This document shows, piece by piece, positions 28,673-37,463 of a DNA stretch of 64,000 nucleotides. The notes below the pieces were generated by a model. That model was not told the origin of the DNA. It made no database searches and saw nothing but the letters and a program-made list of their open reading frames with translations. Within the stretch, counting starts at the first letter, position 1; each line of letters opens with the position of its first letter. The DNA is from a virus (taxonomy: Duplodnaviria > Caudoviricetes). The stretch is taken from IMG/VR virus record IMGVR_UViG_2706795957_000001, positions 29,578-93,577 of that record. One strand, 5' to 3'. A program made the position numbers and the translations under genes.

Positions 28673-29665
28673 ATGGCACGCATCCGTGCGATCAAGCCCG
28701 AATTCTGGGCATCGCCAAATCACCCATCTGACCCATGGGCGCGGCTGCTGTTCATCGCAATGTGGAACTGGGCGGACGACGCCGGTACCGGCACCGCGAC
28801 GCCTCGCGAACTACTCGGGTTCGCCTTCCCCAATGACGAAGACATCGAGACTTCGGACATCAAGAACATGTTCGCCACCGTCGCCGAGGCTTATGGAGTC
28901 GTCTTCTACAAGGTGTCTGGACGGGACTACTTCCACATCCCCACGTTCAACGAACACCAGAAGTTCGACCGTCGCCGAGGCGGTCGACACCCGCTCCCGA
29001 GCGAGGCCGAAGAGCTCCTCTACGGCAGTTTGTTGCAAGACGCAACTAAATCTTCGAGTTTGTTGCAAGACGCAACTAACTTTCGGGGCGAGGACCCCGA
29101 AACCGCCTCTGACCTGCGGCATAGCATGGAGTCGGCGCATTGCGCCGAAGAGTCGGCGCAAAAACAGCGCCGGAACAGGGGAACAGGGGAACAGGGGAAC
29201 AGGGGAACAGGGGAACAGGGGAACAGGGAAACCGAAGATCCTGACGGATCTTCATCCTCGGCACTCGCTGTCGCTCCCGCCGAGCCCGAACGCGACGAAC
29301 CGGGGTTCAGGGCTGACGTAGACAACCTCTGCGAGCTCCTCGCAGCCCGGGTCCGCCAGAACGCCGTCACGTCCAAGCCCGTCGTGATCCGCAAGGAGTG
29401 GCGCCGCGCAGCGAGGTGTCTAATCGACAACGATGGGGTAGACTGCAACCGAGCCATCAGGGTCATCGAGTGGTCACAGGCCGATCCGTTCTGGTCCACG
29501 AACATCCGATCAATGACGAAATTCCGCGAGAAATTCGAAACGCTGGAAATGCAGATGAGTAGGAATTCGCGCAAACCATCCGTCGTAATGGAATCGACTC
29601 GACGCGGATTGTCGGACATGCAACGCGTATTCGGAAATACTAACCAGAAGGAGCTGACCTCGTGA
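28673..29665 (+). CDS. RepA/O-like replication initiator
   Basis: MARIRAIKPEFW...RLLFIAMWNWADD.G N-terminus; D.FW..NI.S..KFREKF C-terminus; internal iteron-like repeats. Confidence 0.8.
   Translation: MARIRAIKPEFWASPNHPSDPWARLLFIAMWNWADDAGTGTATPRELLGFAFPNDEDIETSDIKNMFATVAEAYGVVFYKVSGRDYFHIPTFNEHQKFDRRRGGRHPLPSEAEELLYGSLLQDATKSSSLLQDATNFRGEDPETASDLRHSMESAHCAEESAQKQRRNRGTGEQGNRGTGEQGNRETEDPDGSSSSALAVAPAEPERDEPGFRADVDNLCELLAARVRQNAVTSKPVVIRKEWRRAARCLIDNDGVDCNRAIRVIEWSQADPFWSTNIRSMTKFREKFETLEMQMSRNSRKPSVVMESTRRGLSDMQRVFGNTNQKELTS
29027..29228. repeat. Putative replication origin: 2x AGTTTGTTGCAAGACGCAACTAA and about 7x GGAACAGG
   Basis: Repeats at 29027/29057 and 29172-29228 inside the initiator linker. 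Confidence 0.75.
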
Positions 29666-30201
29666 GAAATACAAACGACACCTACAAGATCGCGGTCGCG
29701 GTTTTGACCAAGGCGTCGATGCTCGACACGCGGATCACGCTCCCCGCTGACGACGACGAGCGCGAGTTCAAGTACCAGGCCTGGGCGTCGGTCTTCAACC
29801 ACGCCGGCGAGATCTGGCTGCGGGAGGCGCTCGACGCCGTGGACAACCACTACAAGTCCGGTCGCTTCGCGCTGATGCCGCGCGACGTCGTCGACTACGT
29901 CCACGGACTACCCAAGGACTCGTCCCGGGAGCGGCTGCAGGAGTGGATCCTCGGACAGGGGCGCCACCCCTACGCCCAGAACGTCCAGACCATGGCGGGC
30001 GTCGAGTTCCAGCAGACCGGCGACATCGACGAAGCTCGCGAGCAGTACCAGCGCTGGCTCCACGAGAACCTCGAGCAGCTGACCGACCGGATCATGGGCA
30101 AGTGGTCCGCGGGTGTCGCCAAGATCCAGGGCCAGCCGGTGCGCAACTCGATGATCGACCCCTACGGCCTCGCTGAGGTCCTCCCGGCGGTGGAGTCATG
30201 A
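29662..30201 (+). CDS. Replication accessory protein (helicase loader/inhibitor-like)
   Basis: AW......A.DAV..HY......MP.DV pattern; follows the initiator. Confidence 0.5.
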   Translation: MRNTNDTYKIAVAVLTKASMLDTRITLPADDDEREFKYQAWASVFNHAGEIWLREALDAVDNHYKSGRFALMPRDVVDYVHGLPKDSSRERLQEWILGQGRHPYAQNVQTMAGVEFQQTGDIDEAREQYQRWLHENLEQLTDRIMGKWSAGVAKIQGQPVRNSMIDPYGLAEVLPAVES

Positions 30202-30512
30202 GCTTCCCCTGGGACTCACCGGGCCTACCCGCGGGCGAGCGCTGCCGGTGGCACAAGGGCCTGTGCGCCTACCACGAAGCCGACCCAGCACATTGCACCT
30301 ACTGCCACACCACAGCCGGCAGATGCTCCTGTGCTACCCCGGGTGCCACTTTGACCCTAAAAGTCGCTCTGTCGGCGATTGAGGCGGCAAAAACGGGCAA
30401 GCCAGCGAAGGTCCTGCAAGAAGAATTCGGCCTTTCGCACAGCGTGGCCGTGTCACTCGTCCGGCGAGCAGTCGGCGGCAAGAAGTCGGAGCACAACGAA
30501 GAGGAGAACTGA
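30198..30512 (+). CDS. Cys/His-rich hypothetical protein
   Basis: Coupled ORF. Confidence 0.5.
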   Translation: MSFPWDSPGLPAGERCRWHKGLCAYHEADPAHCTYCHTTAGRCSCATPGATLTLKVALSAIEAAKTGKPAKVLQEEFGLSHSVAVSLVRRAVGGKKSEHNEEEN

Positions 30513-30513
30513 A

Positions 30514-30852
30514 ATGGATTTCAACTACTACCAGAATGCCACTGACGCGACGGCGATCTACCCAGGCGCGGGCGAGGGCACCATGGCCGCGCTCGCCTAC
30601 GTCGGACTCGGCCTCGGGGAGGCCGGCGAGGTCCAAGGCAAGCTCAAGAAGATCATCCGCGACGACGCCGGCAAGGTCACCGAGGAAAAGCGCTCAGCGA
30701 TCATCAAGGAGCTCGGCGACGTGCTCTGGTACGTCGCCCGCACCGCCGCCGAGCTCAAGGTGTCGCTCAACTACGTCGCCGAGCTGAACGTCGACCGTCT
30801 GCTCGACCGCAAGGACCGCGGAGTGCTGCAGGGGAGCGGAGACGACCGGTGA
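30514..30852 (+). CDS. MazG-like nucleotide pyrophosphohydrolase
   Basis: LGLGEAGEV..KLKK..RD, KELGDVLWY, N..RL.DR..RG.L.GSGD.R. Confidence 0.9.
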   Translation: MDFNYYQNATDATAIYPGAGEGTMAALAYVGLGLGEAGEVQGKLKKIIRDDAGKVTEEKRSAIIKELGDVLWYVARTAAELKVSLNYVAELNVDRLLDRKDRGVLQGSGDDR

Positions 30853-31163
30853 CCGACCTCAAGGTTCAGCACCTACTTGACGACGTCGACGACGAGCGGG
30901 AACGGTTGCAGCACTTGAAGACCCTGTTTGTCGCCATCGTCGCGATAATCGGACTGTCGCTGTTCGGGTTCGCCTGGTCAATCTTCTACAAGCTCACCAG
31001 TGCTGCCTGGTGGCCGCTGTGGATACTCCTGCCGTCGCTGATCATCGCCGCTGTCGCCACCGCCGCCGCCTTCTTTGTCGCCGAAGAGCACTTCGAGCAG
31101 CGAGGCAAAGTCAAGACCGCCGAGCGCGCCTACCGCGACCACGTCATGAAGGAGGCAGCGTGA
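30849..31163 (+). CDS. Two-TM membrane protein, paralog 1
   Basis: LDDVDD.R...TM-TM...AERAYRDH. Confidence 0.75.
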   Translation: MTDLKVQHLLDDVDDERERLQHLKTLFVAIVAIIGLSLFGFAWSIFYKLTSAAWWPLWILLPSLIIAAVATAAAFFVAEEHFEQRGKVKTAERAYRDHVMKEAA

Positions 31164-31486
31164 TGGACAAGAAAACCGTTGCAGCCCTAGACAGAATTGA
31201 GGACTGCAGGATTGATCTACGCCGCGCCAAGGCGGGCCTAGGCATCACCGGCACCCTCCTCGTGGCGTTCGTCGCGCTGAACGTGTGGGGCTTCCATCAC
31301 GACCTCACCGCCGACTACTCGACCCGGAACGACTACGACCAGCTGGTCGTGACCGCCCTGATCTTCGGTCTGGTGGCACTGATCGCGACCGGCATATGCA
31401 CGGCCTGGGTGTGCGGCTCCCGTGATGACTTGCGCATGGCTGAGCGTGAATACCGCGACCATCTCGCCGAGGAGACTGCGGCGTGA
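31163..31486 (+). CDS. Two-TM membrane protein, paralog 2
   Basis: ALDRIED.R...TM-TM...DLRMAEREYRDH. Confidence 0.75.
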   Translation: MDKKTVAALDRIEDCRIDLRRAKAGLGITGTLLVAFVALNVWGFHHDLTADYSTRNDYDQLVVTALIFGLVALIATGICTAWVCGSRDDLRMAEREYRDHLAEETAA

Positions 31487-31899
31487 ACCGGAAAGTCATT
31501 GAAGCCCTTGATCTGATCGAAGACGTCGAGGTCTCCGCGGGCCGCATGAAGACGACCGTCAAGGCGTCGGGTGCCGCGGCGGTTGCGAGCGTGCTGCTCC
31601 TCATGGCCGGCGCCGCAGTTTGGTTCGTCGATGCAGGCGCGGGCATTGAGAGCAGCAGGTGGCTGCTGTTCGTGGTCCCTGGTGGCATCGGCGCAGTGAT
31701 CTCGCTGGGAGTCCTTGTCGGGGCCGTGACGCGCCGCGTCCAGCTCTCCGATGATCTGCGCGGTGCCTACCGAAAGCATCGTGACGCCATCGACGAGATC
31801 CCAGACCCGAACGAACGTCAGAAGGCGGGGCGGCACTTCACCTACGGATACGTGTGCAATGTCTGCCGCGTGCAGATGTCAGGAGAACAGGAACTGTGA
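31483..31899 (+). CDS. Two-TM membrane protein, paralog 3
   Basis: ALDLIED...TM-TM...DLRGAYRKHRD. Confidence 0.7.
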   Translation: MNRKVIEALDLIEDVEVSAGRMKTTVKASGAAAVASVLLLMAGAAVWFVDAGAGIESSRWLLFVVPGGIGAVISLGVLVGAVTRRVQLSDDLRGAYRKHRDAIDEIPDPNERQKAGRHFTYGYVCNVCRVQMSGEQEL

Positions 31900-32213
31900 C
31901 CGAATACAAGATGCCCGACCCACCCGACGACGGTGGCACGTGGCGCTGGAAGGTTTCCAAGTCGTGGTCCGCGGGCAGCATAGGGTTTGGCCGACTTAAG
32001 CTGCAGGCCCGATCCTTTGGTATCTGGTGGACGGTCGAGAGCACCGCGGTGGAACTCGACGGCACCCCGGAGGTGAATGCCGCGAACTGCTGCTATGCAG
32101 GCGACTACCTACTCGACCTGTATCGAAATCGCCTTCGCAGACAGGGAAGACTCGACGTCAACGGCCTCGAGGGTGTCGTCCACGGTCACGGAATCACAGG
32201 GAGCAAGTCATGA
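31896..32213 (+). CDS. Hypothetical protein, paralog of N-terminus of next gene
   Basis: YKMP..W..LQ..W..AV..NAA.C..VNGLEG shared. Confidence 0.7.
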   Translation: MTEYKMPDPPDDGGTWRWKVSKSWSAGSIGFGRLKLQARSFGIWWTVESTAVELDGTPEVNAANCCYAGDYLLDLYRNRLRRQGRLDVNGLEGVVHGHGITGSKS

Positions 32214-32833
32214 CTGACGACTACAAGATGCCTGAGGTTCCCGCCAACCGTCGGTGGGAGATCGTCCGCGGCGCCGGGGAGGGTGTCCTCCGTGTTGAGT
32301 TGCAGGAGCAGCGACCTTCAGAGGACTGGGCCACCCTCCAGTGGACCGCCGTATTCACGTCACACAACCGTGAACGTAACGCAGCCAAGTGTGTGCAGGC
32401 CGCGGAGTGGATCCTCAAGCAGATCCGCGAAGCAGAGACCGATCCCGACGGCAAGTACAACGTCAACGGCCTCGAGGGTGCGGCACTAGGGGAGGGGCTC
32501 GCCGGCACTACGCCCGAGCCTGACGACTACCCGAATGAGCCTGCGGTCACCTTCTACGAGCTGCAGTGTCGCGGCGAAGTCGAGGGCGATGACATCAACG
32601 AGTTCATCGCGTTCTGGCACACCGAGTATCCCGGCACCCTCGAGCTCCACGAGTACCTGGGGCTCACCGTGGACCAGTACTCGTACTGGGTGGCCCACGA
32701 TGTCGTCGTTCCTCCCGGAATCGCGGCCTGGTGGGTTGCCTGCCGTGAGGCAACCGAAGAACGAGCCATGCGTGAAGCCCGCGAAAACCGTGCGCGCAAG
32801 CGTAATTGGTGGCGACGCTTGACACACAGCTGA
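32210..32833 (+). CDS. Hypothetical protein
   Basis: ATGA overlap; paralogous N-terminal domain. Confidence 0.7.
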   Translation: MTDDYKMPEVPANRRWEIVRGAGEGVLRVELQEQRPSEDWATLQWTAVFTSHNRERNAAKCVQAAEWILKQIREAETDPDGKYNVNGLEGAALGEGLAGTTPEPDDYPNEPAVTFYELQCRGEVEGDDINEFIAFWHTEYPGTLELHEYLGLTVDQYSYWVAHDVVVPPGIAAWWVACREATEERAMREARENRARKRNWWRRLTHS

Positions 32834-32851
32834 CCTGCTGTCTACTGTCTA
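32819..32851 (+). promoter_or_regulatory. Promoter TTGACA-N18-TACTGT with TGTCTA-C-TGTCTA repeat
   Basis: Consensus -35; upstream of the lipoprotein and NAD genes. Confidence 0.75.
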
Positions 32852-32886
32852 ACGCGACACACCAACAACAGATCGGAGCATCACCC

Positions 32887-33291
32887 ATGACCAAGAACCC
32901 ATTCAAGAAGGCCGGCATCGCAGCACTCGCCGTCATCGCCGGCACCACCCTCGTCACCGCATGTGGCAAGGGGGCGAACGACGCCGACGTCGTCTCCGAG
33001 AACATCGCGACCGCCGCGGACAACTTCGAGATCAACCGGCGCATTGTCGTCATCAACAACGAGAGCGACAAGGTTATCCAGCTCATCGAGGGCTGGTGCA
33101 ACGCCGACATTGAGGCGGACGTCATCCGCACCACCTGCAAGGTCCCCGGTGGCTACCACAAGCACATCAACCTGCGCAATGCCCACACCATGGTGTCCAT
33201 CCAGCAGCTCGACGCCGCGAACGTGTCGAAGGACCACTACCGGGTCACCTTCAACCCCTCGACCATCATCCCGGAGATCAACGTTCGATGA
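32887..33291 (+). CDS. Phage lipoprotein
   Basis: Signal peptide with lipobox VTAC; ADNFEINRRIVVIN motif. Confidence 0.8.
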   Translation: MTKNPFKKAGIAALAVIAGTTLVTACGKGANDADVVSENIATAADNFEINRRIVVINNESDKVIQLIEGWCNADIEADVIRTTCKVPGGYHKHINLRNAHTMVSIQQLDAANVSKDHYRVTFNPSTIIPEINVR

Positions 33292-34127
33292 CCGTCTGGG
33301 TGTGGGCACAACGCCTGGACAACAAGGAACTTCACCCGCTGCGCGCGTTCCAGTTCCCGGGCGGTGAATGGCACATCGACGTCGAGGGCTCAAACCTTGA
33401 CGACGATGTGGCCTACCGCTGGATCGCCGAAGTCAAGGGCGCCGACGCCAATGATCTAGTCGTGGCGAACATGATGGCCGACATCGCGAAGGATCGGATG
33501 GAAGAGCGCTTCCTCCTCATCCCGTACCTGCCGGCTGCGCGTGCAGACCGGGGAACACCGTTCGGGTTGGGTGTCTACGCCAACATCATCAACGCCGGGG
33601 CGTGGACGCGTGTGTTGTCAGTCGACGTTCACGAGCCGCGGGCGGCGGTTCGTGAGGTGTTTCGCCTGACGAACCTCGACGTCTCCAACCTCGTGACTGA
33701 CGTTGCCTGGGATAAGGACTTCACCGCGGTCATTGCTCCCGACAAGGGTGCAACCGACCGGGCCTTCAGTGTCGCCGACAAGCTGGGCATCGGCACGGTT
33801 GTCGCGAGTAAGAAGCGCGAGTTCAGCACCGGCAAGATCCTCGAGATCACCTGCCCCAAGCTCGATCCCAGCGGCAACTACCTCGTGGTCGATGACATCT
33901 GCGATGGTGGCGGAACCTTCAGGGGCCTTGCTGAAGCCATCGGACTCGACCGTAATCGGCTGTCCCTGTGGGTTACCCATGGCATCTTCTCTGGAGGCAG
34001 CGCGAGCCTGTGGGACCACTACAAGGTGATCTACACCACCGACAGCCACCCCGGCTCCGGACAGCTCGGCAAGTACACGACCAAGACACCACTGTGGCCA
34101 TACATGATGAGGAGTATCGACAAGTGA
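33288..34127 (+). CDS. PRPP synthetase-like protein (Adps-like)
   Basis: FPGGE, IPYLPAARADR, D.H, IAPDKGA, VVDDICDGGGTF, VTHGIFS. Confidence 0.92.
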   Translation: MTVWVWAQRLDNKELHPLRAFQFPGGEWHIDVEGSNLDDDVAYRWIAEVKGADANDLVVANMMADIAKDRMEERFLLIPYLPAARADRGTPFGLGVYANIINAGAWTRVLSVDVHEPRAAVREVFRLTNLDVSNLVTDVAWDKDFTAVIAPDKGATDRAFSVADKLGIGTVVASKKREFSTGKILEITCPKLDPSGNYLVVDDICDGGGTFRGLAEAIGLDRNRLSLWVTHGIFSGGSASLWDHYKVIYTTDSHPGSGQLGKYTTKTPLWPYMMRSIDK

Positions 34128-35596
34128 CCGAGTTCGCACCCGTAGCACCCCTGTTTCAGACGGACGCTTATAAGCTTGGGCACCGCGACCAGTATCTGCT
34201 CGCCGGCAACACCACCCGCGTGTACAGCAACTTCACCAACCGCAAGAGCCGGCTCCCCGGTGTCGACCGCGTCGTTCACTTCGGCCTGCAGGCGTTCATC
34301 CAGAAGCACCTCGTCGAAGCCTTCGAACCGTTCTTCGCTGCGGACGAGGATCTCGTATGCGACCTGTATGAGGAGCGGGTCACCCAGATCCTCGGACCGA
34401 ACACCATTGGCTCCGACCACATCCGGGCCCTGCATCGCAAGGGCTACCTACCGCTGCGGTTCTGTGCGGTTCCGGAAGGCACCCTGGTCCCGATCCGCGT
34501 GCCATCGTTCACCGTGGAAAACACGGACCCCGAGTTCTTCTGGCTGACCAACTACATCGAGACTGCCCTGAGTGCCGGTGTGTGGCAGGCGTCCACGTCG
34601 GCAACTATCGCGCACGAGTATCGGCTGATCCTCGACCAGGCCGCAGAGGGCACGGGGGCTCCCATGGAGGCCGTCGACTTCCAGTGCCACGACTTCTCCT
34701 ACCGTGGTATGTCATCGCAGGAGTCCGCGCAGCTGTCGGGCGCCGCGCACTTGCTCTCCTTCTCGGGCACGGATTCGCTGGTCGCGCTGGACTGGATCGA
34801 CCGCTACTACGGTGGCGAGTATGTCGCCGGATCGGTGCCGGCCACCGAGCACTCGGTTATGTGTACCGGCATCGAACAGGTCGGCGAACAGGAGCTGTTC
34901 TCGCGGCTGCTCGACCTGTACCCGACGGGCATCTTCTCGGTCGTCTCCGACACCTTCGACCTGTGGAAGGTGCTCACCGAGTACCTTCCGGCGCTCAAGG
35001 ACAAGATTGTCGCCCGCGACGGCAAGATCGTGATCCGTCCCGACTCGGGAGATCCGGAGAAGATCATCTGCGGCGATCCCACCGCGGAGTGGGGCACGCC
35101 GGCCTGGTATGGCGTGGTGCGCCTACTGGACATGCACTTCGGTTCCAGAATGAACGCCGCCTGCTATCTCGAGTTGAACCCGCACGTAGGCGTCATCTAC
35201 GGCGACAGCATCACCCTCGAACGGGCTGCGGTCATCACCGGTCGCCTCGCCCAGATGGGTTATGCCTCAACCAACGTCGTGTTCGGTGTCGGTTCATACA
35301 CCTACCAGTACAACACCCGAGACACATTCGGTTCGGCCATGAAGGCCACCTGGGCCGAGGTCGACGGCAAGGGTGTCAACCTGCTCAAGGACCCGGTCAC
35401 CGACGACGGGACGAAGAGGTCGGCTACGGGTCGGTTGGCCGTACACCGTGACCACGGCGAACTGGTACTCATTGAGAAGGCGCGACCCGGTGAGGAAGTG
35501 ACCAGTCTCCTCCAGCCCGTCTGGGAGAACGGTGAGTTCATTCGCCGACAGACCTTTGCTGAGGTGCGGGAAACCCTCGCAGCGCAGGAGGTCTGA
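34124..35596 (+). CDS. Nicotinamide phosphoribosyltransferase-like protein (Namat-like)
   Basis: TDAYKLGH, HDFSYRG, SVPATEHSV, VSDTFD, IRPDSGDP, YGDSI, GVGSYTYQYNTRDT. Confidence 0.95.
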   Translation: MTEFAPVAPLFQTDAYKLGHRDQYLLAGNTTRVYSNFTNRKSRLPGVDRVVHFGLQAFIQKHLVEAFEPFFAADEDLVCDLYEERVTQILGPNTIGSDHIRALHRKGYLPLRFCAVPEGTLVPIRVPSFTVENTDPEFFWLTNYIETALSAGVWQASTSATIAHEYRLILDQAAEGTGAPMEAVDFQCHDFSYRGMSSQESAQLSGAAHLLSFSGTDSLVALDWIDRYYGGEYVAGSVPATEHSVMCTGIEQVGEQELFSRLLDLYPTGIFSVVSDTFDLWKVLTEYLPALKDKIVARDGKIVIRPDSGDPEKIICGDPTAEWGTPAWYGVVRLLDMHFGSRMNAACYLELNPHVGVIYGDSITLERAAVITGRLAQMGYASTNVVFGVGSYTYQYNTRDTFGSAMKATWAEVDGKGVNLLKDPVTDDGTKRSATGRLAVHRDHGELVLIEKARPGEEVTSLLQPVWENGEFIRRQTFAEVRETLAAQEV

Positions 35597-35598
35597 CC

Positions 35599-36069
35599 AT
35601 GGCTGAGCCGCAGAAGTATCGCAAGAGCCCTGTCGTGATCGAGGCAATGGAGCTTACCGGGTCCACGTTCTACGACGTCCTGGCCTGGTGTGGGGGTGAC
35701 GTTTGGACCACCGACTCTGAGATCGAAATCCAGACGCTCGAGGGGAATATGGTCGCCAGCCTCGGAGACTTCGTGATCCGCGGTGTCGCCGGCGAGTTCT
35801 ATCCATGCAAGCCCGACATCTTTCGGCAGACCTACGAGCCGGCCTCCGACGACCCCGGGCTCGATGAGGCACACCGCGTCATGAACGCCGCATCCGTGAT
35901 CCTCGATGCCCTGGCCAGCGAGCAAGAGAAGAACATCGAGACGATCACGGACGTCTTCCCGAATATGGACCCACAGCCGCGGCGGCTCGACTATCGCAGC
36001 GAGGCGTGGACCGCGGCGCGAGCACTACTGGCCGCGGGGATGCTTGCCAAACGGGAGCGAAGTGTCTAG
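35599..36069 (+). CDS. Conserved phage protein
   Basis: KYRK.PVVIEA...I.TLEG.M.A..GDFVIRGV.GEFYPCKPDIF..TYE. Confidence 0.8.
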   Translation: MAEPQKYRKSPVVIEAMELTGSTFYDVLAWCGGDVWTTDSEIEIQTLEGNMVASLGDFVIRGVAGEFYPCKPDIFRQTYEPASDDPGLDEAHRVMNAASVILDALASEQEKNIETITDVFPNMDPQPRRLDYRSEAWTAARALLAAGMLAKRERSV

Positions 36070-36098
36070 TGTCTAGTGCAACACCTGCGGAGGGGCGC

Positions 36099-36476
36099 AT
36101 GAAGAAGCTGCTAATCACCGGCACGCGGACCTGGACTGACCGGATCCGCATGGGGCAAGAGCTCATGCGGGCGATCCACGACCTCGAGGGCGACTACGAC
36201 CGACAGTCCATCCTTCTGATCGAGGGGGAGTGCCCAACGGGCGGCGCGGACATCATGGCTCGCGACATCTGGTGGAGCTGGGGTCGGCCAGTTCTCGGCG
36301 TGCCGGCGAACTGGGAAGTCCTGGGCAAGCGTGCTGGACCGGAGCGCAACCAGCGGATGGTCGACATGATGCCCGACCTGTGCGTCGCCTTCCTGCAGAA
36401 CGGATCACGCGGGACCGTTGACTGTGTCACGCGGGCACGGGAGGCGGGCATCCCAGTCACGGAGGTGTGGGGCTGA
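36099..36476 (+). CDS. SLOG/DprA-like (DUF2493-type) protein
   Basis: LLITG.R.W.D, G.C..GAD, A.W...GK.AGP.RN..M, SRGT..C...AR.AGI; promoter TTGCCA-N17-TAGTGT at 36044-36072. Confidence 0.85.
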   Translation: MKKLLITGTRTWTDRIRMGQELMRAIHDLEGDYDRQSILLIEGECPTGGADIMARDIWWSWGRPVLGVPANWEVLGKRAGPERNQRMVDMMPDLCVAFLQNGSRGTVDCVTRAREAGIPVTEVWG

Positions 36477-37370
36477 TGCTGAGCATCTCCAACACGATGG
36501 TGAAGGCCCGCAAGGAACACCGGTGTGGGTTCTGCAGCCGCACCATCCGCAAAGGCGAGCACTACCGACGGCAGTTCAACAAGGAGAGCAGCTTCGGCGG
36601 GAGTGGCGTCTGGACATGGAAGAACTGCGCCCACTGCGACGTCGCTGCCGCGCTGATCGATCTCTACGACTATGACGAAGGCTCCGGGGTTACCAGTTGG
36701 GACTTCGCCGACTACGAGCCCGAGACCGCCAACGAGGAATACCTCCTCGAGTGCTTCCGCGCCCAGTGGACCTACCCGAGTGGACGGCTCATGCCGATCC
36801 CCGCACACCCAAAGGAGTGAACGTGGAACCGCATGTTGAGGCGATGGGTGAAGTCGCCGCCGAGATGCTCGAGAAGGTTGTCGACTACGTGTTCACTGCG
36901 GTCTGCGAGGCCGCAGGAATCACCTACGACAAGAAGAACCCGAAGATGCTCGACGAACTCGTCGAGAAGATCGAAGACCTTCGCGAGAAGGCATGGATGT
37001 ATGAGGAGTTGGGACAATGAGCGAACTGGGACAGAAACTGATCAGCGAGATCCGGGTTCTCGCAACCGAAAACCCGGACAGGGTGGCCGAGTGCAAGTAC
37101 TTCGAAGACGGTGACGCGCGAACCGAGCCGTGCTGCATCGTCGGCCACGCGGCGCACAACCTCGGGGTCTCCCACCTTCTCGTGAAGGAGGCTGAGACCG
37201 ACTCCATGTGGGGCTCTTGGAACCTGCGAGAGATTACCGAGCTCCCCATCGCAGAGGAGCTGAGCGAATCCGAGCGCAAGTGGATCGACCTGGTCCAATC
37301 AAACCAGGACCGCAAGGACCGCTGGGAGTTCGCGGTCGAGGCAGCCGACGAGGAGGTCGGGGAGATGTGA
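36476..37370 (+). other. Three small hypothetical genes (36476-36820 Zn-finger-like, about 36817-37020, 37017-37370)
   Basis: Coupled ORFs. Confidence 0.6.
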
Positions 37371-37463
37371 CCCGGCCCAAGAATGACTGGTGGAACAACC
37401 CGGCACCCGGCTGGGAGGCTGTGGCCGAGGATTTGATCTTCGGAACAGAGGAAGAGGAGGACA

